Both the position numbers and the translations under genes were made by a program. Shown one piece after another: positions 20,007 through 27,273 of a stretch of DNA of 43,525 nucleotides. The DNA is from Candidatus Oleincola secundus (GTDB lineage: Bacteria > Atribacterota > Phoenicimicrobiia > Phoenicimicrobiales > Stramentimicrobiaceae), in contig JAGYLS010000009.1 of NCBI GenBank assembly GCA_018400815.1, forward strand, positions 1 through 43,525, in the 5' to 3' direction. The notes below the pieces were generated by a model. That model did not search any database. It was not told where the DNA came from and worked only from the letters and a program-made list of their open reading frames with translations. Numbering within the stretch: position 1 is the stretch's first letter; every line of letters starts with the position of its first letter.

Positions 20007-20567
20007 ATGAGAAAGAGAATTGTTCTTTTAACTTTAATTGTAGCCGTAACATTGCTATTTTCAAGCGTTGCATCCTTTGCTGCTGCACCAGCCCGGGGAA
20101 ACTTTACCGGCAAATCGGATAATTATTTCGGCGGACAGGGACAAGGGAAAGGTCCTTCTGGACAAGCTTATGATCGCTCATTCCAGGGTGACGAATTCAG
20201 GGGAATGATGAACATAGACCTCTCCGAAGAACAGATTGCTGAAATCAGACAAATGATGTTGGATTTTCAAAAAGAATCTCTTGAGCTGAGAAATCAGATT
20301 CAAATGAAACAATTGGAAATGAGAGAGTTGATGCTGGAAGATTCTATAGATATGGACCAAGTTAGAGCAAAATTAGAAGAGATTTCCCAATTACAGGTAG
20401 AGGTAAGAGTAAAGGCTATTGAAAGACAAACAAAAATACAAGACTTGCTCACTCCGGAACAACTGGAAAATTGTGGCTTAGGTTTATCAATGCAGAGATT
20501 TAACATGGGAAATATGGGAAATAACAATTTTAGCCAGGGGTTTAATCAGGGATTTAAAGGAAACTAA
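20007..20567 (+). CDS. Spy/CpxP/ZraP-family periplasmic chaperone
   Basis: Signal peptide, Gly-rich linker, two LTxxQ-like motifs (LSEEQ, LTPEQ). Confidence 0.85.
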   Translation: MRKRIVLLTLIVAVTLLFSSVASFAAAPARGNFTGKSDNYFGGQGQGKGPSGQAYDRSFQGDEFRGMMNIDLSEEQIAEIRQMMLDFQKESLELRNQIQMKQLEMRELMLEDSIDMDQVRAKLEEISQLQVEVRVKAIERQTKIQDLLTPEQLENCGLGLSMQRFNMGNMGNNNFSQGFNQGFKGN

Positions 20568-20609
20568 GGGAACCGCTGGTAAATTAAACTAAATAATTAA
20601 ATACAAACA

Positions 20610-20645
20610 AATAAAGAGGGGGGATTTAAATTCCCCCTCTTTATT
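20610..20645 (+). terminator. Rho-independent terminator
   Basis: aataaagagggggga...ttccccctctttatt. Confidence 0.8.
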
Positions 20646-20840
20646 GTGTCAGGTTTTGGAGGAAACCATCGGAGTCATCTCTTGTATTATAAGTTTTAAG
20701 GTACTATATTTATTTCTAACTAAATAAAGAAATAAACTAACGAAATTCATTAGCTTATATTTTGCGGGTATAAGGGGATGAGATTGTTTAGTCACTTAGT
20801 TCTTTGTAATGGCGTAGGGGGGTGGCAAGAAAACAAATGT

Positions 20841-20868
20841 TTGACAATTCCCCCAAATAGTGTATAAT
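20841..20868 (+). promoter_or_regulatory. Consensus sigma70 promoter for the RRM gene
   Basis: TTGACA-16 nt-TATAAT, implying a ~175-nt 5' UTR. Confidence 0.75.
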
Positions 20869-21049
20869 TATACATAACAAAATAATAAATAATAATGTTA
20901 TAAATAAAAAATTATAACTTAAAAATATCAGTCTTCTCTTAGAAGTCTGATGTGCAGTAATAAATGAAATAGAGAATTATTTTCTTCTAGAACTATTTAC
21001 CTCTAAATTAAATGTTACTGGAAAAATATTTTAAAAGGAGGTAAAAAAG

Positions 21050-21322
21050 ATGCAAGGTAGCAAACTGTACGTAGGAAATTTAAACTATTCTGTAACTAAC
21101 GAGCAATTAGAGGAACTTTTCGCTAATCATGGCACTGTCAAAAGTGTTAATATCATCCAAGGCAAAGGCTTTGGTTTTGTAGAAATGTCTTCTTCAGATG
21201 AAGCCAGCAAAGCAAAAGATGCTTTACATGATACCGATTTTAATGATCGGCCATTGAAGATTGATGAAGCCAAACCACAGCAACCCAGAAGAGATTATAG
21301 CGATAATCGAAGACGCTATTAA
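21050..21322 (+). CDS. RRM (RNP-1) RNA-binding protein
   Basis: RNP2 LYVGNL, RNP1 KGFGFVEM. AGGAGG RBS. Confidence 0.95.
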   Translation: MQGSKLYVGNLNYSVTNEQLEELFANHGTVKSVNIIQGKGFGFVEMSSSDEASKAKDALHDTDFNDRPLKIDEAKPQQPRRDYSDNRRRY

Positions 21323-21340
21323 TTATATAGTTTAAAAAAT

Positions 21341-21382
21341 ACAAAAAACCCCTTTAGTGGTAATGCTAAAGGGGTTTTTTGT
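21341..21382. terminator. Bidirectional Rho-independent terminator
   Basis: acaaaaaacccctttag...ctaaaggggttttttgt. Confidence 0.85.
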
Positions 21383-21383
21383 T

Positions 21384-21777
21384 TTTAACCATTACTACCA
21401 GCTTTTTTGAAGGTGGTAATGGTTAAATAAAATGGTTTTACCAGAAAGACAATAGATATACTACCTGAAATATTTTACCCGAGGTCCTAAAAAGAGACAA
21501 TATCATAGTGCTTAATAGGTTCGGAATATCAAATAAAGCGATACGATGAAGCACTATGATCTCTTAATTAAGACCCAAATATATACGAAGTTAGATTTTA
21601 AGATTAAGCATAGTATCCCAGGGGGTTCTTAATGGGAAGGATTCTCTTTGAATATCCTGGAAATAATCGTTTAGAAGATGGATAAGAGACAAAAGCAGAG
21701 AAAAAACTGTCTAATAAAAACTTAAGCCCTTTTTAGAGGCTTCTTAAGGCCAGCCGCTTTGCGGGTGCGGTATTTAG
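21384..21777 (+). mobile_element. Non-autonomous/decayed IS200/IS605-like element, copy A
   Basis: Left hairpin ttaaccattac...gtaatggttaa shared with copy D. Right double hairpin 21724-21777 shared with B, C and D. Interior blocks shared with B. Confidence 0.7.
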
Positions 21778-21980
21778 TTGGGATAGTCAGTCAAAGAAAA
21801 AAATATAAAAGCAAAAAAGTATTTATTTCCAGGAAGATTCTTTGCCTATCGACAGGGAAATGAAACTAGGTTATAAGAATACTAGAAACCCTATGGAAGA
21901 AATGTAAGCAGGTAGTGATTTGTATTAAGTTGCTTAAAATTATTAAGGTGTTGAAATTACAAACTTATATATTATTTCAT

Positions 21981-22009
21981 TTGACGAAGATTTTAAATTA
22001 TAATACAAT
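21981..22009 (+). promoter_or_regulatory. sigma70 promoter for tRNA-Arg-tadA
   Basis: TTGACG-17 nt-TACAAT. Confidence 0.65.
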
Positions 22010-22054
22010 CTAATTTAGCTTTAAACTAAGAGTAGGTTGTATTCCTTCATAAAT

Positions 22055-22131
22055 GCGCCCGTGGCTCAATTGGACAAAGCAACTGACTACGGATCAGTAG
22101 ATTGGGGGTTCGAGTCCCTCCGGGCGCACCA
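22055..22131 (+). tRNA. tRNA-Arg(ACG)
   Basis: Acceptor GCGCCCG/CGGGCGC, anticodon ACG at 22089-22091, GTTCGAGTC, encoded CCA; 77 nt. Confidence 0.96.
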
Positions 22132-22194
22132 TATAACTAACAAAAAATCCTTAAGAATTAATGTGTATTACGAAATAGCAAAAGAGCAAAAGTA

Positions 22195-22659
22195 ATGGTA
22201 GAAGATATTAATCAGATAATGATGAAAACAGCACTTCAGTTAGCTTGGGAAGCTTATGACCAGGGAGAAGTGCCCGTTGGAGCGATAATTGTATTGGAAG
22301 GTAAAATTATTGCCCGTGCTTTTAATAAGAAAGAAACATTACAGGACCCTACTGCCCATGCTGAAATTCTAGCTATACAGGAAGCATGCAGATATTTAAA
22401 CAGCTGGCATCTGGATAATGCGACTATCTATGTTACTTTAGAGCCTTGCCCCATGTGTTCTTATGCCATTATTCAAGCCAGGTTAAGAAGAATTGTTTTC
22501 GGTGCTTATGATCCTAAAGCCGGTGCTGCCGGGAGTGTTGTCAACTTATTTAAAAAAAAGCTGTTTAATCATGATATGGAAGTAATTGGTGGTATTTTAG
22601 AAGAGGAATGCGGAGCCATATTAAAAAAGTTTTTTCAAAATAGAAGAAGATTAAGATAA
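22195..22659 (+). CDS. tadA: tRNA adenosine(34) deaminase
   Basis: GEVPVGA, DPTAHAE, TLEPCPMC, DPKAGAAGS, FF..RR C-terminus. Confidence 0.95.
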   Translation: MVEDINQIMMKTALQLAWEAYDQGEVPVGAIIVLEGKIIARAFNKKETLQDPTAHAEILAIQEACRYLNSWHLDNATIYVTLEPCPMCSYAIIQARLRRIVFGAYDPKAGAAGSVVNLFKKKLFNHDMEVIGGILEEECGAILKKFFQNRRRLR

Positions 22660-22689
22660 CCTTAATAATAATTTATTTTTAAACCTGCA

Positions 22690-22784
22690 GGAGAGGTGGC
22701 CGAGTCCGGTTGAAGGCGCTCGACTCGAAATCGAGTAGGCAGCTAATCCCTGCCTCGCGGGTTCGAATCCCGCCCTCTCCGCCA
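22690..22784 (+). tRNA. tRNA-Ser(CGA)
   Basis: GGAGAGG/CCTCTCC acceptor, CTCGA-CT CGA AA-TCGAG anticodon arm, long variable arm, GCCA end. Confidence 0.96.
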
Positions 22785-22873
22785 TTTTGAGTATCAAAAC
22801 ATCCCCCTCAAATTGATTCACTATTTTAAGAGATACATAGAAATATTATTTTTAAATAAAAGGGAGAAAAAAC

Positions 22874-22975
22874 ATGGATTATGTTGTTTATCTTGATGCA
22901 AAAGCAGGAGAGTTGGATAATTTATTATCTGGCAAGAAAACAATGATTATCCGTGGAGCTGCAGGTAGGAACTAA
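22874..22975 (+). pseudogene. 33-aa probable gene fragment (MDYVVYLDAKAGELDNLLSGKKTMIIRGAAGRN), ASCH/PUA-like N-terminus
   Basis: AGGGAG RBS; GKKTMIIR resembles the ASCH GxKxxExR motif; stops early. Confidence 0.55.
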
Positions 22976-23029
22976 TTTTTATTCAATAATTTATTCATGA
23001 TGTTTTTTTAATAAATCAGGAGATTTATC

Positions 23030-23683
23030 ATGTTTTTTGAAGATAAAAATATTAACAGTCGGTGCCCATTATGTAATGGGGAAAAACATGTTTATCATAG
23101 AGAGGGTAAGCGGACTTATTACCAATGTAAAAAATGTGACAGTATTTTTCTGGATGAGAATTATCGTCTTTCTCCAGAGGCAGAAAAAAAACGATATTTA
23201 GAACACAATAATGATGTTAATGATGGCAGATATCAAAATTTTGTGAAACCGATTACTTCAGCAATTTTAAGTGACTTTAGAAGTCATCATGCAGGGCTTG
23301 ATTATGGTGCCGGCACCGGACCGGTTATCACTAAAATCCTAGCGGATTATTCTTATAATATGAAAACTTATGATCCCTATTTTCATAATTATCCTGATTA
23401 TTTAAAAGAGAAATATGACTATATTGCTTGTTGCGAGGTTATAGAGCATTTTTATCATCCTTACAATGAATTCAAAAAGTTAAGAAATATGCTAAAAGAG
23501 AATGGAGCTTTATATTGCCAGACAAACATTTATAAAGATAATATTAATTTTAAAGATTGGTATTATAAGAACGACCCAACCCATGTCTTTTTTTATACTA
23601 AGAAATCAATTAATTGGATTAAAGAGAGCTTTGCTTTCAGTGATATAACTATCAAAGATAGACTAATAATTTTTTGGAATTAA
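23030..23683 (+). CDS. Class I SAM-dependent methyltransferase with N-terminal Zn ribbon
   Basis: CPLC...CKKC, LDYGAGTG, EVIEH, WYYKNDPTHV. Confidence 0.88.
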   Translation: MFFEDKNINSRCPLCNGEKHVYHREGKRTYYQCKKCDSIFLDENYRLSPEAEKKRYLEHNNDVNDGRYQNFVKPITSAILSDFRSHHAGLDYGAGTGPVITKILADYSYNMKTYDPYFHNYPDYLKEKYDYIACCEVIEHFYHPYNEFKKLRNMLKENGALYCQTNIYKDNINFKDWYYKNDPTHVFFYTKKSINWIKESFAFSDITIKDRLIIFWN

Positions 23684-23705
23684 GTGAACATTAAACTACA
23701 AAAAA

Positions 23706-23887
23706 TATATTTTTCCTGCTAAAATATTTTATCTGAGGTTCCAAACAGAGATAATATTGCTTGGAAATAATTGGAAAGCACCGTTTGGAAACTAGATAAG
23801 AGAAAAGAACAGGAAAATGGCTAAATTAAAGATAAGCCTCTTTTAGAGGCTTCTTAAAGCCACCCGCTTTGCGGGTGCGATATTTAC
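23706..23887 (+). mobile_element. IS200/IS605-like remnant, copy B (interior fragment plus intact right end; left boundary approximate)
   Basis: aaatattttatctgaggttccaaacagagataatat resembles copy A ~21468-21503. End reads AAAG-CCACCCGC-TTT-GCGGGTG-CGATAT-TTAC. Confidence 0.7.
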
Positions 23888-24056
23888 TACTGTTATTTAG
23901 CAACTGATTATATACGATATTTATTCGGTCAGGAAAATGTCTATTTTTTTGACATCAGGCAGTTAAGAATATATATTAAAGGCAATTAATCATTTTGATT
24001 GATGTGTTAAATAGCATGTTAAATATAAATTAAAAGAAAAGAGAGGAAGTATTTTT

Positions 24057-24416
24057 ATGCCCTGGGTAAAAAAAGAAGATTGTGTTGGCTGTGGAATATG
24101 TGTCGATAAGTGTCCTGTTGGATCAATTGCTTTAAGGGATGGAGTAGCATCTATTGATATGACCAGTTGCATCCATTGTGGAGTTTGTCACTCTGCATGC
24201 CCTAGAGGAGCAGTTGAGCATGACAGTGAGAAAATACCGGAAGAAGTAAGGGCGAATGTGGCCAAAACAAAAGGTTTTATGGAAGATTGCGCTAAATATC
24301 TTGGTGAGGAAAAAGAAAAACAGAAATGTCTTAATAGGATGATAAAACATTTTAATAAAGAAAAAATCGTTGTCGAAAAAACATTAGAAAAATTAAAGCT
24401 GCTTACAAATAATTAA
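24057..24416 (+). CDS. 2x[4Fe-4S] ferredoxin-domain protein with C-terminal helical extension
   Basis: CVGCGICVDKCP and CIHCGVCHSACP. Confidence 0.9.
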   Translation: MPWVKKEDCVGCGICVDKCPVGSIALRDGVASIDMTSCIHCGVCHSACPRGAVEHDSEKIPEEVRANVAKTKGFMEDCAKYLGEEKEKQKCLNRMIKHFNKEKIVVEKTLEKLKLLTNN

Positions 24417-24463
24417 GATGACTAGTCTGCCGTAAAAATTTTAAAGATAAAATTGAGCGTTTT

Positions 24464-24808
24464 ATGATTATTAGAAAATTATCAGAAATGCCTATCATGA
24501 AAAATGCACACAATGTAGATGCAAGGAGTATCTATAATTCAGAAAATGCAGTAATTTCTGTAATCACTTTAAAACAGGGACAATCTTTAAAAAAACATAT
24601 TACGCCGGTGGATGTAGCTTTTTATGTTTTAAGAGGCAAAGGTGTAGTGGAGATAGGAAATGAAAAACAGGCTGTTGAAGCCCAAACTTTAATTGAGAGT
24701 CCTAAAGATATTGTGCATTGCTGGTACAATAAAAACGAAGAAGAACTGGCTTTTATGGTTATCAAGGTACCCAGGCCCAGTAGAGAAACTAAGTTTATTT
24801 CACAGTAA
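24464..24808 (+). CDS. Cupin-2 domain protein
   Basis: LKKHITP...FYVLRGKG...IESPKDIVH. Confidence 0.88.
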   Translation: MIIRKLSEMPIMKNAHNVDARSIYNSENAVISVITLKQGQSLKKHITPVDVAFYVLRGKGVVEIGNEKQAVEAQTLIESPKDIVHCWYNKNEEELAFMVIKVPRPSRETKFISQ

Positions 24809-24955
24809 ATATCGTACCCGCAAAGCAGGTGGCTTTAAGAACCCCTAAGAGGGGTTAATTCTCTGTTTACTTTTAGTTAACCTTTTTTCTACTATTTTAA
24901 CTGAATATTTACAAGTAATATAACTCTTTTAGATTTCAGATGAAAAATGATCATA
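24805..24955 (-). mobile_element. IS200/IS605-like remnant, copy C (inverted; outer boundary approximate)
   Basis: Reverse complement reads aacccctcttaggggttcttaaagccacctgctttgcgggtacgatatttac. The terminal TTAC overlaps the cupin stop codon. Confidence 0.7.
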
Positions 24956-25085
24956 TGGATTATCTTGATATTTTTATGGTTAAATAAATAAAAGATATTA
25001 TTTACATGACTATTGTAAATAATAATATTATAAATATTATTATATTTTAAGGCTATTGACAAACAATATAAAAAAGGGATTAAGC

Positions 25086-25619
25086 ATGAAATCTTTAGTG
25101 ATATATAAATCTAAAACAGGTTTTACAAAAAAATATGCCGAGTGGATAGCTGAAAAGCTGTCTGCAGACCTTTATGATTATAATCAAATAAACAAAGAAT
25201 TATTTAAAGGTTATGATGTTGTAATCTATGGTGGAAGTTTGCATGCTGTTGGCATTGAAGGGATTAAGCTAATTAAAGATAATCTGGATATTTTAAAGGG
25301 TAAAAAAGTTGTTGTATTTGCGGTAGGCGCAAGCCCTTTCCGGGAAGAAACTGTAGAGGAAGTTAAAAACAATAATTTTAACAAAGAACAATTGGAGCAG
25401 ATTCGGTTTTATTATCTTCGTGGGGGTTTTAATTACAACAAACTGCCTTTTTTTGATAAGCTGTTAATGAAATTACTGCAATGGAAATTAAAGCGCAAGA
25501 AAGTTCTGACAGCTGATGAAAAAGGAATGCTGAATGCCTACCAGAAACCGGCAGATTTTAGTCGTAAGGAAAACATTGATAGTATTGTTGCCTATGCTAG
25601 TTCATCTGAAAATAAGTGA
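25086..25619 (+). CDS. Flavodoxin-domain protein (HemG/Flavodoxin_5-like)
   Basis: VIYKSKTGFTKKYAEWIA, YGGSLHA, FAVGASP, YLRGG. ATG 25086 preferred over TTG 25056. Confidence 0.85.
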   Translation: MKSLVIYKSKTGFTKKYAEWIAEKLSADLYDYNQINKELFKGYDVVIYGGSLHAVGIEGIKLIKDNLDILKGKKVVVFAVGASPFREETVEEVKNNNFNKEQLEQIRFYYLRGGFNYNKLPFFDKLLMKLLQWKLKRKKVLTADEKGMLNAYQKPADFSRKENIDSIVAYASSSENK

Positions 25620-25708
25620 TGACTGATTTAATGAATAGGCTTATATGTATCAAATAAAGCGAAAACCTACCGGTAATTGATTACCAATTATCTTTCAGGA
25701 GTAAATTT

Positions 25709-26383
25709 ATGATTATGCCTTATGCCAGGTCAATTCAATATGATGGTCTGATGGAAGAATTGTCCCGTGAGATTGAATCTCACGGGCATTTTCCGTTAAT
25801 GAATCAGATGAAGAGAGAAGGGGAATATCCATATCGCATATTAATCAGTACTGTTATGTCATCCCGAACCAAAGATGAAGTAACTGCCAGGGCATCAGAA
25901 AGATTATTTTCAAAAGCACCTGACCCGGAAAGACTATCCCTGATGTCAGAAGAGGAGATTGCCAATTTAATTTACCCTGTAGGTTTTTATCGGGTAAAGT
26001 CAAAAAATATCAAAAAAATTGCCGAACTGATTTTAAAAAAATACAGGGGAAAAGTGCCGAATACGCTGAGTGATCTAATCCAACTTCCCGGTGTAGGTAG
26101 AAAGACAGCAAATTTAGTATTAGGTATCGCTTTTAACATAGACAGCATAACTGTAGATACTCATGTTCACCGAATTTCGAATCGCATTGGCCTTATCAAA
26201 ACAAAAATACCCCAGGAGACTGAGCAGGATTTACAGATAGTATTGCCGAAAAAATATTGGATTTATTTTAATACACTTTTAGTTGCCCATGGTCAGATTA
26301 TTTGCAAGCCGATATCCCCATTATGCTCTCAATGTAAGATTGTTAGTTATTGCCAACGAATCGGAGTTAACAGAAGCAGATAA
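25709..26383 (+). CDS. nth: Endonuclease III
   Basis: HhH LPGVGRKTA, VDTHVHR, C-x6-C-x2-C-x5-C Fe-S motif. Confidence 0.93.
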   Translation: MIMPYARSIQYDGLMEELSREIESHGHFPLMNQMKREGEYPYRILISTVMSSRTKDEVTARASERLFSKAPDPERLSLMSEEEIANLIYPVGFYRVKSKNIKKIAELILKKYRGKVPNTLSDLIQLPGVGRKTANLVLGIAFNIDSITVDTHVHRISNRIGLIKTKIPQETEQDLQIVLPKKYWIYFNTLLVAHGQIICKPISPLCSQCKIVSYCQRIGVNRSR

Positions 26384-26558
26384 TCGAAAAAAAACAAAAT
26401 TATTCTTCAACATTTACTGATTGTTTATATAATTTGATAATGTTTAATCTAAATATAATTTATTTTGCTAGTAGCTTTTTTATCAAAAATGTATTACAAT
26501 ATTAAACTGTCTTTTGTTACTATTTTTAAAGAAATATAAAGGGAAAAAATTGCTTCAG

Positions 26559-26587
26559 TTGACAGGATGATTTGTCTTGTCTATCAT
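26559..26587 (+). promoter_or_regulatory. sigma70 promoter for tRNA-Ser(GGA), probably also for SRP RNA
   Basis: TTGACA-17 nt-TATCAT. Confidence 0.7.
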
Positions 26588-26600
26588 AAATAAAGGAGTA

Positions 26601-26694
26601 GGAGAGGTACCGAAGTGGTCATAACGGGATCGCCTGGAGAGCGATTGGGCGGCCAAAAGCTGCCTCGCGGGTTCGAATCCCGCCCTCTCCGCCA
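26601..26694 (+). tRNA. tRNA-Ser(GGA)
   Basis: ATCGC-CT GGA GA-GCGAT anticodon arm, long variable arm, GTTCGAATC, GCCA end. Confidence 0.95.
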
Positions 26695-26703
26695 TAATTC
26701 GTA

Positions 26704-26946
26704 ATTTATTTAACCATAAAAACCCACCTTCTAAGAAGATGGTAATGGTTAAATAAATGGGTTGTACATAAAAAAGTTAAGAGTAGCTAGATGACAATTT
26801 TTCACCTGAAGTACAAAGTTGGAAGTACTATTGCTTAAGAAATATTATAGCTAAAGGTTAAATAAAAAATTGAAAGAAAAAGAGCTAAAAAGTTAAACCT
26901 CTTTAGAGGTTCTTAAAGCCACCCGCTATGCGGGTGCGATATTTAT
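26704..26946 (+). mobile_element. Non-autonomous IS200/IS605-like mini-element, copy D (~240 bp)
   Basis: Left 14-bp IR atttatttaaccat...atggttaaataaat. Right end aacctctttagaggttcttaaagccacccgctatgcgggtgcgatatttat. Confidence 0.7.
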
Positions 26947-26954
26947 TTGAAAAG

Positions 26955-27226
26955 ATGATCGTGCTAGACGGGGAGTTAGCGGTGCCCTGAACCTGCAATC
27001 CGCTACAGCAGGGTCGAATGCCTACCTGAGGTCGTATTTTTTCAAGGTCTGACTGAAATAAGTGGCGATGAAAGCCGGGTCCTATGCAGCAAAGAATTGC
27101 GAATCCCGTCAGGTCCGGAAGGAAGCAGCGGTAAGCAAATCTCTTTGGGTGCCGTAGGTAAACCTGGTTGGAGTTAACTGTTTCAATATCGCTTGGGAGA
27201 ATAGATCGAAGGTAGGGCACGATCAT
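26955..27226 (+). ncRNA. ffs: Large bacterial SRP RNA with Alu domain
   Basis: Terminal helix atgatcgtgc/gcacgatcat, Alu-like gtgctagacggggag..agcggtgccctg, helix-8 tcaggtccggaaggaagcagc; lies upstream of dnaX. Confidence 0.95.
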
Positions 27227-27273
27227 ACTTAGAAAACTCTTTATAACTACAAAACTATAAATAGGAATTACTA

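Noticed and set aside
23888..23910. 3' flanks of the element copies as guides targeting sites in this window
   Set aside because: By eye only short, chance-level matches were found; a genome- and phage-wide search is needed.
21724..26946. Four ~55-nt repeats as a CRISPR array
   Set aside because: Spacing is kilobases and irregular, one copy is inverted, and there are no cas genes.
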